DNA from: Candidatus Latescibacterota bacterium
Lineage (GTDB): Bacteria; Latescibacterota; UBA2968; UBA8231
Direction: 5' to 3'
Length of the DNA: 64,000 bases
Assembly: GCA_963422735.1 (NCBI GenBank)
Contig: OY730476.1
Coordinates: forward strand, 4,352,001 to 4,416,000
Part shown: piece after piece, positions 1 through 9,447 of the stretch
Layout: each line of letters opens with the position of its first letter
Position numbering within the stretch: position 1 is the stretch's first letter
The notes under the pieces: generated by a model
Databases searched by the model: none
What the model was told of the DNA's origin: nothing
Seen by the model: the letters and a program-made list of their open reading frames with translations, nothing else
Position numbers and translations under genes: made by a program

Positions 1-851
1 CCTTCTGCCTTTGGTGCCATCGCCGTCTGGTGATAGGCGTCGGCGGTAAAACCTAGCCCGAGGAATTCTCCATAGATCTCGGCCCCGCGCCTTTGGGCGT
101 GCTCCAATTCCTCCAAGATGACGGCCCCGGCCCCTTCGCCGAGCACGAAGCCATCGCGCTCGGCGTCAAAGGGCCGGCTAGCCCGCTCGGGCTCGTCGTT
201 GCGCGTCGATAGGGCTTTGGCCGAGGAAAAACCAGCCATGGAAATAGGGGTGACGGCCGCTTCCGAGCCGCCGGTCACCATCACGTCGGCTTCCCCGTAC
301 TGGATCTTGCGCGCTGACTCGCCGAGGGCGTGGGCAGCCGACGAACAGGCCGACACCGTGGCGTAGTTAGGCCCTTTGGCCCCCAATTCCATGGAGATCA
401 CGCCCGGGGCCATGTCGGAAATCATCATGGGCACGTAGAACGGGCTGATGCGCCTAGGCCCTTTCTCCAACAGGATGGTGTGCTGATCTTCGTGGGTCTG
501 AATCCCGCCGATGCCCGAGCCCCAGATGACGCCCACGCGCTCGGGGTCAACCGCTTCCATATCGAGCCGGGCGCGGTCGGCCGCCTCCTTGGCCACGCAG
601 ACCGCGTAGTGCGTGAAGGCATCGTTGCGGCGCACATCCTTGCGGTCCATAGCCGCCTCCGGATCGAAATCCTTGACCTCGGCAGCGATCGCAGCCCGGT
701 GTTGGGAAGTGTCGAACTTGGTGATCGGCCCGACCCCAGAGCGGCCGACTAACAGCGCGTCCCAGAACGCCGGCAGGTCGTTGCCATTGGGTGCTAAGAC
801 CCCCAAGCCCGTAACGACGGCTCTGCGCCTTTGCACTAGACTTCTGCTCAC
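1..851 (-). CDS. fabF: beta-ketoacyl-ACP synthase II (5' part; continues past the window edge)
   Basis: Manual translation gives [19 protein letters not shown]...[19 protein letters not shown], plus [11 protein letters not shown] and [18 protein letters not shown]. The GTG at 851 overlaps the acpP stop; an alternative GTG is at 836. Confidence 0.95.
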   Translation of the reverse strand, partial: MSRSLVQRRRAVVTGLGVLAPNGNDLPAFWDALLVGRSGVGPITKFDTSQHRAAIAAEVKDFDPEAAMDRKDVRRNDAFTHYAVCVAKEAADRARLDMEAVDPERVGVIWGSGIGGIQTHEDQHTILLEKGPRRISPFYVPMMISDMAPGVISMELGAKGPNYATVSACSSAAHALGESARKIQYGEADVMVTGGSEAAVTPISMAGFSSAKALSTRNDEPERASRPFDAERDGFVLGEGAGAVILEELEHAQRRGAEIYGEFLGLGFTADAYHQTAMAPKAE

Positions 852-1087
852 GCCTTGCTGTTTTCTTCTAGGTACTTAATCGCGTCGGCTACGACTACCA
901 TCTTCTCGGCGTCCTCGTCCGGGATGTCGATCCCGAATTCCTCCTCAAAGGCCATGACCAGCTCGACGGTATCGAGCGAATCGGCCCCCAAGTCGTCGAT
1001 GAAAGATGCTTGGGGATTTACTTGATCTTGGCTCACGCCGAGTTGCTCAACGACTAGGTCTCTCACGCGCTCTTCAATAGAAGCCAT
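848..1087 (-). CDS. acpP: acyl carrier protein
   Basis: 79 aa with [20 protein letters not shown], inside the fab cluster. Confidence 0.98.
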   Translation of the reverse strand: MASIEERVRDLVVEQLGVSQDQVNPQASFIDDLGADSLDTVELVMAFEEEFGIDIPDEDAEKMVVVADAIKYLEENSKA

Positions 1088-1204
1088 GGTGTGTTCCTCT
1101 TGGGATAGGAGTAAACAGTTTTACCGCTGCGGCTAATGGCCTGCGGTCTTAAAATTAGGGTTTAAATATAGACGATTAGACGATGGGCAGTTTTTTGTTA
1201 GCCA

Positions 1205-1951
1205 TCACATGGCCATGCCGCCGTCCACCGACAAGACCTGACCGGTGATATAGGCGGCTTGATCCGACGCTAGAAACGCCACGGCATGGGCCACGTCTTC
1301 CGGCGTCCCCGCTCGGCCCAGCGGCACGGTGGCAATCATCTGTTCCCGCTGCTGCTCGGTCAACCCGTCCGTCATGCCCGTTTCCGGCACCAGCCCCGGG
1401 GCCACGGCATTGGCGGTGATCCCGCGCGAGGCCAGCTCCCGCGCCAAGCTCTTGGTTAGGCCGATCAACCCGGCCTTGGACGCGGCGTAGTTGGCTTGGC
1501 CGGCATTGCCCAGCAAACCCACGACCGAAGTGATATTGACGATCCGCCCGCCGCGGGCCTTGAGCATGGGGCGCACCGCCGCCCGGACGCAGTTGAAGGA
1601 ACCCTTGAGGTTGATCGCCAAGACCTCGTCCCAATCCTCCTCCTTCATCCGCATCAGCAAATTGTCGCGAGTGACGCCGGCGTTATTGACCAGCACGTCC
1701 AGGCGGCCCAACTCCGCAATCGTCGCCGCTACCAACTCGGCCGCCTGCTCGGCGTCGGCCACATCGGCTTGATGCACGAGGCAACGGCGACCTAGGCCCT
1801 CAATGGCCGCGGCTACTTCGCCGGCCGCGGCGGCGTTGCGGGCGCAGATCGCCAAGTCTGCGCCCTCTGCGGCCAAGCGCAGGGCAATGGCCCGACCAAT
1901 GCCCCGCGACCCACCCGTCACTAGCGCGACTTTTCCGCCCAAGAGTCCCAT
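1205..1951 (-). CDS. fabG: 3-oxoacyl-ACP reductase
   Basis: TGGSRGIG, NNAGVTRD and GNAGQANYAASK motifs. Start placed at MGLLGGK. Confidence 0.95.
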   Translation of the reverse strand: MGLLGGKVALVTGGSRGIGRAIALRLAAEGADLAICARNAAAAGEVAAAIEGLGRRCLVHQADVADAEQAAELVAATIAELGRLDVLVNNAGVTRDNLLMRMKEEDWDEVLAINLKGSFNCVRAAVRPMLKARGGRIVNITSVVGLLGNAGQANYAASKAGLIGLTKSLARELASRGITANAVAPGLVPETGMTDGLTEQQREQMIATVPLGRAGTPEDVAHAVAFLASDQAAYITGQVLSVDGGMAM

Positions 1952-1952
1952 A

Positions 1953-2882
1953 TTACTCCGCTCCTTTGGCGGCGGCGATTTCTTCCACGGTACCCGCAAG
2001 TGCGACCGCGAGCTTGGGCGCGGTGCGACGCATCAGCCCCCTTAGCACAGCCCCCGGCCCTACTTCAAAAGCGCGGTTGATACCCATGGCTACCAGCCGG
2101 TGCATAGTCGCGTTCCAGCGAACCGGGCCCGTGATCTGCTGGATTAGGTGCCGCCGCAGTTTTTCTGGGTCTTCCACGGGCGCCGCCGAGACATTGGTCA
2201 ACACTGGTACGCGCGGCCGCGCAAAGGGCACCGCCTGTAACAGCGACTCCATCTCCACGGCCGCCGACGCCATAAGCGGCGAGTGAAAAGCCCCGCTGAC
2301 AGCCAATTCGACCACGCGCCTAGCGCCGGCTTGGCTGGCCAACTCGCTCAGCCGTGCCACAGCGGCTCGCTCACCCGACACCACGACTTGGCCGTCAGCG
2401 TTAAAATTGGCAGCTACGACGATCCCGGCATCCGCGGCCTGTTGGCACAAAGCTACGACGTGGTCGTCGTCTAAACCGATCACCGCCCCCATCGCCCCCG
2501 GCCACTCGCGGCCAGCTTCCTGCATCAACCGACCGCGCGTACCCACGAGCGTCAGGGCCTCCGCAAAGGAGAGCACTCCGGCCGACACCAGCGCCGAGTA
2601 TTCCCCGAGACTGTGTCCGGCTACAGCTACAGGCTGTAGTCTGGCAGCGGCGAGCAACTCGCTGACGGCGACGCTGTGGACGAAGACGGCCGGCTGCGTA
2701 ACGTTGGTTTGCGCCAGTTGCTCGGCCAGTCCCTCAAAGCAAAGCGCACTGAGCGCAAAACCCAGCACCTCGTCGGCCTCGGCAAAGCGCGCACGCACCG
2801 ACTCGTGCTGCTCGTAGAGGTCGCGGGCCATGCCCACGGCCTGCGAACCCTGTCCCGGAAATAAAAAGGCGTGCCCGCCCAT
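1953..2882 (-). CDS. fabD: ACP S-malonyltransferase
   Basis: FLFPGQGSQ, GHSLGEY and VSGAFHS motifs. Confidence 0.96.
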   Translation of the reverse strand: MGGHAFLFPGQGSQAVGMARDLYEQHESVRARFAEADEVLGFALSALCFEGLAEQLAQTNVTQPAVFVHSVAVSELLAAARLQPVAVAGHSLGEYSALVSAGVLSFAEALTLVGTRGRLMQEAGREWPGAMGAVIGLDDDHVVALCQQAADAGIVVAANFNADGQVVVSGERAAVARLSELASQAGARRVVELAVSGAFHSPLMASAAVEMESLLQAVPFARPRVPVLTNVSAAPVEDPEKLRRHLIQQITGPVRWNATMHRLVAMGINRAFEVGPGAVLRGLMRRTAPKLAVALAGTVEEIAAAKGAE

Positions 2883-2883
2883 C

Positions 2884-3888
<1,005 letters not shown>

Positions 3889-3910
3889 GCAATCATCCGC
3901 CCCGAGCAGC

Positions 3911-4093
3911 CTACACTTCAGGCTCGACGTATTCGCGGCCTCGGTAGAAGCCGCAGCTCGGGCAGACGCGATGGGGCAAGGCGGGCTGTCCGCAGTGGGA
4001 GCAAGTGGTCCTCGCCGCTGCCTTGATCTTCCAGTGAGTGCGCCGCTTGTCGCGGCGAGTGCGCGAAATTCTCCTCTTAGGTACTGCAGCCAC
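3911..4093 (-). CDS. rpmF: 50S ribosomal protein L32
   Basis: MAAVPKRRISRTRRDKRRTH and a CxxC...PHRVCxxCGFY zinc ribbon. Confidence 0.97.
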   Translation of the reverse strand: MAAVPKRRISRTRRDKRRTHWKIKAAARTTCSHCGQPALPHRVCPSCGFYRGREYVEPEV

Positions 4094-4105
4094 GGGGAAC
4101 TCCTC

Positions 4106-4645
4106 TCAAGAGCCTTCTTTGGGTTGCGAAAATTCGATCTGCGCGAGTGCCGCCCAACGCGGGTCGGCTCCTTTTTCTCCTTCGGTGGTAGGTTTGTCGG
4201 CCCCGTCAACTCCGCAGTGCGGGCATCGCCCGTCGGCGTCCGGGGTGGGTATTCGCATCGGCAAGTCCAAGATCACGGCCTCGCGGATGTACGCACACAA
4301 ATCGACCTCGCGCGTCCCCGGATCGACGATATCGATAAATCCGTCTTTTTCTGCCGACGCCAACTCTTCGGGGATCGCGTGGCGGCGCTGCAGGAGCAAG
4401 CGAAACCGCGCTGCGACCTCTTCTTGTATTTCCTCTAGGCAGCGATAGCACTCGCCGGCGATGCGGCAAGTGACGACCCCGTCAATCCTGAAGTTGTCGA
4501 GGGCACGCCGCACCTCGACGCGGGCTTCAACGATGGAGGGAAAGGCGAAAAATTCGTCCTTTAGCCCCAGTTCCTCTGCGCACAGTTCAAAGACGAGCGC
4601 ATTGGGCCCCTCTGCGAGGTCGTCGAGTACTAACGAGGTGCCCAT
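4106..4645 (-). CDS. DUF177/YceD family protein
   Basis: ECYRCL, LDLPMR, CPHCG and DPRWAAL motifs; canonical position upstream of rpmF. Confidence 0.9.
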   Translation of the reverse strand: MGTSLVLDDLAEGPNALVFELCAEELGLKDEFFAFPSIVEARVEVRRALDNFRIDGVVTCRIAGECYRCLEEIQEEVAARFRLLLQRRHAIPEELASAEKDGFIDIVDPGTREVDLCAYIREAVILDLPMRIPTPDADGRCPHCGVDGADKPTTEGEKGADPRWAALAQIEFSQPKEGS

Positions 4646-4651
4646 GGCGTC

Positions 4652-5053
4652 TCAGTCGGCAAAGAAAAACGCGATCTCGGACTCGGCGTTGGCCGCTGAG
4701 TCCGAGGCGTGGACGGCATTGCACTGCACGTCCGTGCCAAAGTCGCCGCGAATTGTGCCGGCGGGTGCCTCGAGGCTGTTGGTCGGACCGATAAAAGCGC
4801 GCAGATGCGCTACCGCATCGGAGCGCTCTAGCACCATGGGCACGGCCGGCCCCGAGGTCATAAATCCCACTAGTTCGCCGTAAAAAGGCCGCTCCCGATG
4901 CACGGCGTAGAAAGCCCTCGCTTGGTCAACGGATAGCTCAACCATGTGCAGGGCGCACACGACAAACCCCTCGCCCTCGACGCGGGCAATAATTTGGCCG
5001 ATGGCGTTTTTGGCGACCGCATCGGGCTTGATAATCATCAACGTGCGTTCCAT
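4652..5053 (-). CDS. ndk: nucleoside diphosphate kinase
   Basis: ERTLMIIKPDAV, GTIRGDFG and NAVHASDS motifs. Confidence 0.97.
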   Translation of the reverse strand: MERTLMIIKPDAVAKNAIGQIIARVEGEGFVVCALHMVELSVDQARAFYAVHRERPFYGELVGFMTSGPAVPMVLERSDAVAHLRAFIGPTNSLEAPAGTIRGDFGTDVQCNAVHASDSAANAESEIAFFFAD

Positions 5054-5111
5054 GAGATGTAGAATCTTATTTCCTTAGCAAGTTGTGTCCCCTAGTCAAA
5101 CAAAATTTTTT

Positions 5112-5140
5112 AAGATAGGAGCCAATCGGTTTTGTGTCAA
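5112..5140 (-). promoter_or_regulatory. sigma70-type promoter for the ndk-fab operon
   Basis: TTGACA-N17-TATCTT on the minus strand. Confidence 0.6.
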
Positions 5141-5203
5141 TGGACGTCCCGCGCAACAAAATGCCCTAAGTATCGCTTTCATAATGAGTTCGGCACACAT
5201 TTC

Positions 5204-5232
5204 TTGACAGGGTAACAGGCCCCCCCTAGATT
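5204..5232 (+). promoter_or_regulatory. sigma70-type promoter for the HD-domain gene
   Basis: TTGACA-N17-TAGATT just upstream of the ATG at 5243. Confidence 0.55.
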
Positions 5233-5242
5233 GGCCGACGCT

Positions 5243-6586
5243 ATGAATCATCCGCTTTTAGCCGAAGAAGGCAAGGCCATCCGCGACCCTGTTTGGGGCT
5301 ACATTCACTTTCCCGATCCCGTCCTCGCCCTCGTCGATACCCCGGCCTTCCAGCGTCTGCGCAATATATCCCAGCTCGGCTATGTGCATCTGGTGTACCC
5401 AGGGGCGCGCCACTCGCGCTTTGAGCACTCGCTGGGCGTCTATCACTTGGCCAAGCAGTTCTTGGCTCGTCTCCTCGACTCGGACCCGCCCCTAGTGCTG
5501 AGCGACGAGGACATACGCGTCTTCATCGCCGCCACTTTGCTTCACGACATCGGCCACTACCCCTTCTCGCATACCCTCGAAGAACTAAGGCCCTTTTTCA
5601 TCCGGCACGAAGAAGGGGCCAGGCAGATCATCGAGGACCAAGACGGCGAACTCTACCAGACTATCGCCGATAAGTTCCAGATTGATCCGGTGCGGGTAGC
5701 CAACGTCATCGACTACGAAAACAGCGGCCTCGTGGTTTCCCCCGAGGACCTGCTGCTGGCCAATATCCTCAGCAGCACCCTCGACCCCGACAAAATCGAC
5801 TATCTCCTGCGCGATTCCATGTTTTGCGGCGTACCCTTCGGCGAGAGCGTCAACCGCGATCGCTTAATCGCCTCCATCAAATTCGACCCTCAGCGCAAGC
5901 GGCTGGCCATCACCAGCAAGGGCGTCTCCGCCGTCGAAGCCCTAGTTTTTACCAACTACCAGATGTACCGCAACGTGTACTGGCACCACGGGGTGCGCTC
6001 GGCGTCGGCCATGTTCAAGCGCGCCGTGCAAGAGATCCTCCTCGACCCGCACAACCGACTCGACTTCTCCGATTTCCACCGCCTCACCGAGAGTGGGCTG
6101 CTTGCTCGCCTCCAGCGCGAACAGGAGCGCCTAGGACTGGAAACCTCCGCCCAGCTCCTCGAAGGCACGACCCACCGCCGCCTCTACAAGGTCGGTGCCG
6201 TCATCCATCCCAGCGAGCGCACCCAGCCCCTGATGCACCACCTCGACTTTCTCTTCCGCCATCCCTACAAGCGCCGCGCCAAGGAAACCGAGCTTTGCCA
6301 GGTTTTCGGCCAGCGGCTTGGCCGCCCGCTCCAAGGCCACGAGATCCTCATCGACATTCCCAGCTTCAACAAGACCCCGGAAGTCGATCTCAGGGTCTTC
6401 TACGGCCGCCCGCTCCCCGCCGACAAGACCGATCCCCTGACCTTTGCCGATCCAGAGGTCTCCCGCCTGCGCGACTCGTTGCTGCACAACTTCGAGGACC
6501 AAGCCAAAATTTTCCGCATCTTCTGCATGGACGACCCCGACCTACGGGAGCTGGTGGGCAAAGAGGCCAAGCAGTATCTCAGTTGA
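5243..6586 (+). CDS. HD-domain phosphohydrolase (SAMHD1/dNTPase-like)
   Basis: IRDPVWG, FQRLRNISQLG, HSRFEHSLG, LLHDIGHYPFSH and DKIDYLLRDS motifs. Confidence 0.88.
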   Translation: MNHPLLAEEGKAIRDPVWGYIHFPDPVLALVDTPAFQRLRNISQLGYVHLVYPGARHSRFEHSLGVYHLAKQFLARLLDSDPPLVLSDEDIRVFIAATLLHDIGHYPFSHTLEELRPFFIRHEEGARQIIEDQDGELYQTIADKFQIDPVRVANVIDYENSGLVVSPEDLLLANILSSTLDPDKIDYLLRDSMFCGVPFGESVNRDRLIASIKFDPQRKRLAITSKGVSAVEALVFTNYQMYRNVYWHHGVRSASAMFKRAVQEILLDPHNRLDFSDFHRLTESGLLARLQREQERLGLETSAQLLEGTTHRRLYKVGAVIHPSERTQPLMHHLDFLFRHPYKRRAKETELCQVFGQRLGRPLQGHEILIDIPSFNKTPEVDLRVFYGRPLPADKTDPLTFADPEVSRLRDSLLHNFEDQAKIFRIFCMDDPDLRELVGKEAKQYLS

Positions 6587-6688
6587 CGAGCTGTATTGTA
6601 TATCCTCTTTGGTGTACTGAGGCCGATGTAGGAACCCCACACTACAGAATTTGTCTGTAAGAGGCAGGACCGAGGAAGGAATGCAGCC

Positions 6689-7261
6689 ATGACCTCAAAA
6701 AAAGCCAGCACTTTTGCATTGGGCATCATCGTCCTATGTACCCTATCTGGAGAGACGCAAGAAAGCGATTCCAGCGTCAGTACTGTTTCTGTTTCGTCTG
6801 ATGACGTCGCCGCGGATGATGCGAAACGGCTGGGACTCGTCGTCACTGATCCGGAGGCGACAGTAGGGTTGGGCACGGATAACTACGAGTTGAGCGTCGC
6901 GGCGATAATAAGGGATACGCTCGCCGTTACGGTGTCGTACAGCGGTGGATGTGCAGATCACCTATTTGCGTTGGACGCCTCCGCGGCCTTCTTGGAATCC
7001 CACCCGGTGCAACTCGAGGTCACTCTTGCCCACAATGCCAACGGCGACACTTGCGAGGCGTGGTTAATTCAAGACTATTTCTTCCCTCTCGCTCCGCTTA
7101 AGACGCGCTACCAAGAAGAGTACCAGCAGGATTCGGGCGCAATTGTACTGCGGCTCGCCGGGGGCCCCAGTGATCTCGTCTACGAGCTTACCCATGCCGA
7201 CGGGACGACCGCAGAGAAGCCCGTCTCTTGGGGGCGGATCAAGGATCACCTGAGCAAATAA
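6689..7261 (+). CDS. secreted hypothetical protein with a C-terminal SWGxIK tail
   Basis: Hydrophobic N-terminus, YSGGCxxH...FLESxPVQ...HNxxGDxCEA core, ends TTAEKPVSWGRIK. Confidence 0.7.
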   Translation: MTSKKASTFALGIIVLCTLSGETQESDSSVSTVSVSSDDVAADDAKRLGLVVTDPEATVGLGTDNYELSVAAIIRDTLAVTVSYSGGCADHLFALDASAAFLESHPVQLEVTLAHNANGDTCEAWLIQDYFFPLAPLKTRYQEEYQQDSGAIVLRLAGGPSDLVYELTHADGTTAEKPVSWGRIKDHLSK

Positions 7262-7282
7262 CGCTTGGGTTTGAAGCTAGTG

Positions 7283-7323
7283 TTTCTTGCGGATCTAACA
7301 TCAGATGTTAAATTTGCAAAAAA
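7283..7323. repeat. imperfect palindrome; its left part recurs inverted at 9376-9398
   Basis: TTTCTTGCGGATCTAACATC-A-GATGTTAAATTTGCAAAAAA; the arms match 16/20. Confidence 0.7.
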
Positions 7324-7338
7324 TAGGTCTCGCATAGT

Positions 7339-7605
7339 ATGCCCTATCTCAAGCGCCATTTGACGCAAACCATCCTTCGGGCCGCCGCAACCTTTCCCGC
7401 CGTGCTGATCACCGGTGCGCGGCAGACGGGCAAAACCACCCAGTTGCTCCGAGAGTTCGGCGCTTCCCACCGCTATCTCTCGCTCGAACGCCCCGACATC
7501 CGGGCGCGTACCCAAGCTGATCTAATCGACCTCCTCGCCGAGGCCGCCGCACCGGCGATCCTCGACGAGATCCAATACGCGCTGTCGCGGCGGAGAGCGG
7601 CATAA
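7339..7605 (+). pseudogene. truncated AAA_14/DUF4143-type ATPase (N-terminus only)
   Basis: FPAVLITGARQTGKTT and ILDEIQYA, then a stop. Paralogous to 56317-57573. Confidence 0.85.
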
Positions 7606-7631
7606 TAGGAGCACAGGTGATGGGACAAGCA

Positions 7632-8417
7632 ATGACGGAGAAAGAGATCGAGGCCGTCCTCCGGGAGGTCACAGACGAGGAGGTGGCCTTCTACCACGAA
7701 TACGGCTGGGTTATGATGCCGCGGCTCGTCGCTCCTGAGTTCGCCGCACAGCTCCTGCGCGTCGGACGGGAGTGGGCCGATCGCAACAGCCAAGAGGTTG
7801 GTCCCGGCAAGCCGATCGCCGGCCTGGCTCGGAATCAAGAGACCGAGCCGTTTCGTTCATTCATGTTCAGCGAGCGCATGGCACGGAACGCGACACGCCT
7901 CGTGAACAGGAAGCGGCTCAAGGGTGTGGACGTTCCGCTCCGCTACCGCGTGGATATCCTCTTAAAAAAGCCCCCCGGAGCAGCCGGGTCCATCTATCAC
8001 CAAGACTCGTCCGAGCATGGCTCCGACCGGGTCGGCGAGCTCCAGTTCTGGCTTGCGCTGGCGGAAGTCACACCCGGGATGGGTGCCATGCGGTTCGTCA
8101 GCCGCTCCCATCGCGAAGGACCGCTCGGTTCGGTGTTCAACGACGACCAAGGCGACCTGCTCAAGCAGTTCCCGAATCTGACGTCCGTGCTGGAGCTCTC
8201 GCCGCCCTTCCACTACCAGCCGGGAGACTGCACAGTGCATCACGGATACACCATCCACGGGGGCCCGGACAATACCACCGACAAGCCGCGCTGGTCCTAC
8301 CTCTTCTCGTACAGTCCCGCCGACACCCGCTACTGGAACGGCAGTGCCGGCAACTGGGGCAGTGAGCGGAAGCGCTTGGGTGACTCGCACAATCCCATCG
8401 TGCCCGCCGAGGCCTGA
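7632..8417 (+). CDS. phytanoyl-CoA dioxygenase (PhyH) family protein
   Basis: FYHEYGW, YHQD, WLAL, GDCTVHHGYTIHGGPDNTTDKPR. Alternative starts at 7617/7620. Confidence 0.88.
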   Translation: MTEKEIEAVLREVTDEEVAFYHEYGWVMMPRLVAPEFAAQLLRVGREWADRNSQEVGPGKPIAGLARNQETEPFRSFMFSERMARNATRLVNRKRLKGVDVPLRYRVDILLKKPPGAAGSIYHQDSSEHGSDRVGELQFWLALAEVTPGMGAMRFVSRSHREGPLGSVFNDDQGDLLKQFPNLTSVLELSPPFHYQPGDCTVHHGYTIHGGPDNTTDKPRWSYLFSYSPADTRYWNGSAGNWGSERKRLGDSHNPIVPAEA

Positions 8418-8419
8418 CC

Positions 8420-9145
8420 GTGAACTTTGAAGGGCACGTCGCGGTCGTCACCGGAGCCAGTCGCGGCGTCGGACGGGCAATCGCAGAGGCTCTGGAGGCG
8501 CGCGGCCTTGCCGTCGCAACCGTCGCGCGCCGCTCGGCGCGATTCACGGCGGATGTCTCGGACCCGGCCGATGTTGACCGCCTCAAAACCGCGGTCGAAG
8601 CCGAGCTCGGCCGGCCCACCGTTCTCGTCAATGCCGCCGGGGTCTTCGGCCCGATCGCCCTCATAAAGGACAGCGACCCCGAGGAATGGGTCGAAACGCT
8701 CATGATTGATGCGGTAGGCCCCTATCTGGTGTCCCGCGCGTTCCTAGGCGGAATGCTGGACGCAGGATGGGGCCGGATCGTGAGCCTTTCGTCTGCGGCG
8801 TCGCTGCACACACCTGGGCGGCTGAACAGCGCCTACGGCACTGCGAAGGTCGCTCTCAACCAGTTCACCCGACACCTTGCCGCCGAGCTGGAGGGGACGG
8901 GCGTCACGGCGAACGTCATCCATCCCGGCGACGTCAAGACCGAGATGTGGGCGGATATCCGCGACAAGATGGACACCGTCGGCGAGAGTGGCTACGACAG
9001 CTGGGTGGCGTGGGTGGAGAAAACGGGTGGGGATCCGCCGGAGAAGGCGGCCCAACTCGTGAGCAACATCATTGAGAGCGACGTCAACGGGCGCTTTCTC
9101 TGGATCGACGATCCGCTTCAGGCCCCGATCCCAAGCTGGGGTTAG
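8420..9145 (+). CDS. SDR family oxidoreductase
   Basis: TGASRGVG, NAAG, YGTAK and HPGDVKT motifs. Confidence 0.9.
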   Translation: MNFEGHVAVVTGASRGVGRAIAEALEARGLAVATVARRSARFTADVSDPADVDRLKTAVEAELGRPTVLVNAAGVFGPIALIKDSDPEEWVETLMIDAVGPYLVSRAFLGGMLDAGWGRIVSLSSAASLHTPGRLNSAYGTAKVALNQFTRHLAAELEGTGVTANVIHPGDVKTEMWADIRDKMDTVGESGYDSWVAWVEKTGGDPPEKAAQLVSNIIESDVNGRFLWIDDPLQAPIPSWG

Positions 9146-9309
9146 GGTGCGGAGCCATCGCGGGAGTCGGAGGAGTAGGCCGGCGAAGTGAGCGGATCGA
9201 TCAGGATCTTCTTCGCGAAAGCCTTTGACGCGAACCCGTAGCGGGTGCCGCCACGATTGTCCTGTGTGAAGGGACAGCGCGGCCAGGCTCAGACGGTGTG
9301 TGCGGTCGG

Positions 9310-9376
9310 TCCCATACTCCACCGGCACCCGCATAGTGAACGTGCTGCCCTTTCCTACTTCGCTCTTCACTCGAAT
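9310..9376 (-). pseudogene. C-terminal fragment of a sensor histidine kinase (HATPase G2 box)
   Basis: IRVKSEVGKGSTFTMRVPVEYG, starting directly at the 9376-9398 repeat. Confidence 0.6.
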
Positions 9377-9398
9377 CTGACGTTAAATCTGCAAGAAA
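9376..9398. repeat. inverted copy of 7283-7305
   Basis: TCTGACGTTAAATCTGCAAGAAA; its reverse complement matches 7283-7305 at 20/23. Confidence 0.75.
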
Positions 9399-9422
9399 TT
9401 AGTCCCTATCCCAAGCGAGAAT

Positions 9423-9438
9423 TGGCACGAACCGTGCA
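9423..9438 (+). promoter_or_regulatory. sigma54-type -24/-12 promoter motif
   Basis: TGGCACGAACCGTGCA (GG-N10-GC) upstream of the methyltransferase ATG. Confidence 0.5.
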
Positions 9439-9447
9439 AAAAAGAAA

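Noticed and set aside
3889-4209. N-terminal extension of the FabH ORF
   Set aside because: It overlaps rpmF and the DUF177 gene; FabH similarity begins near 3888.
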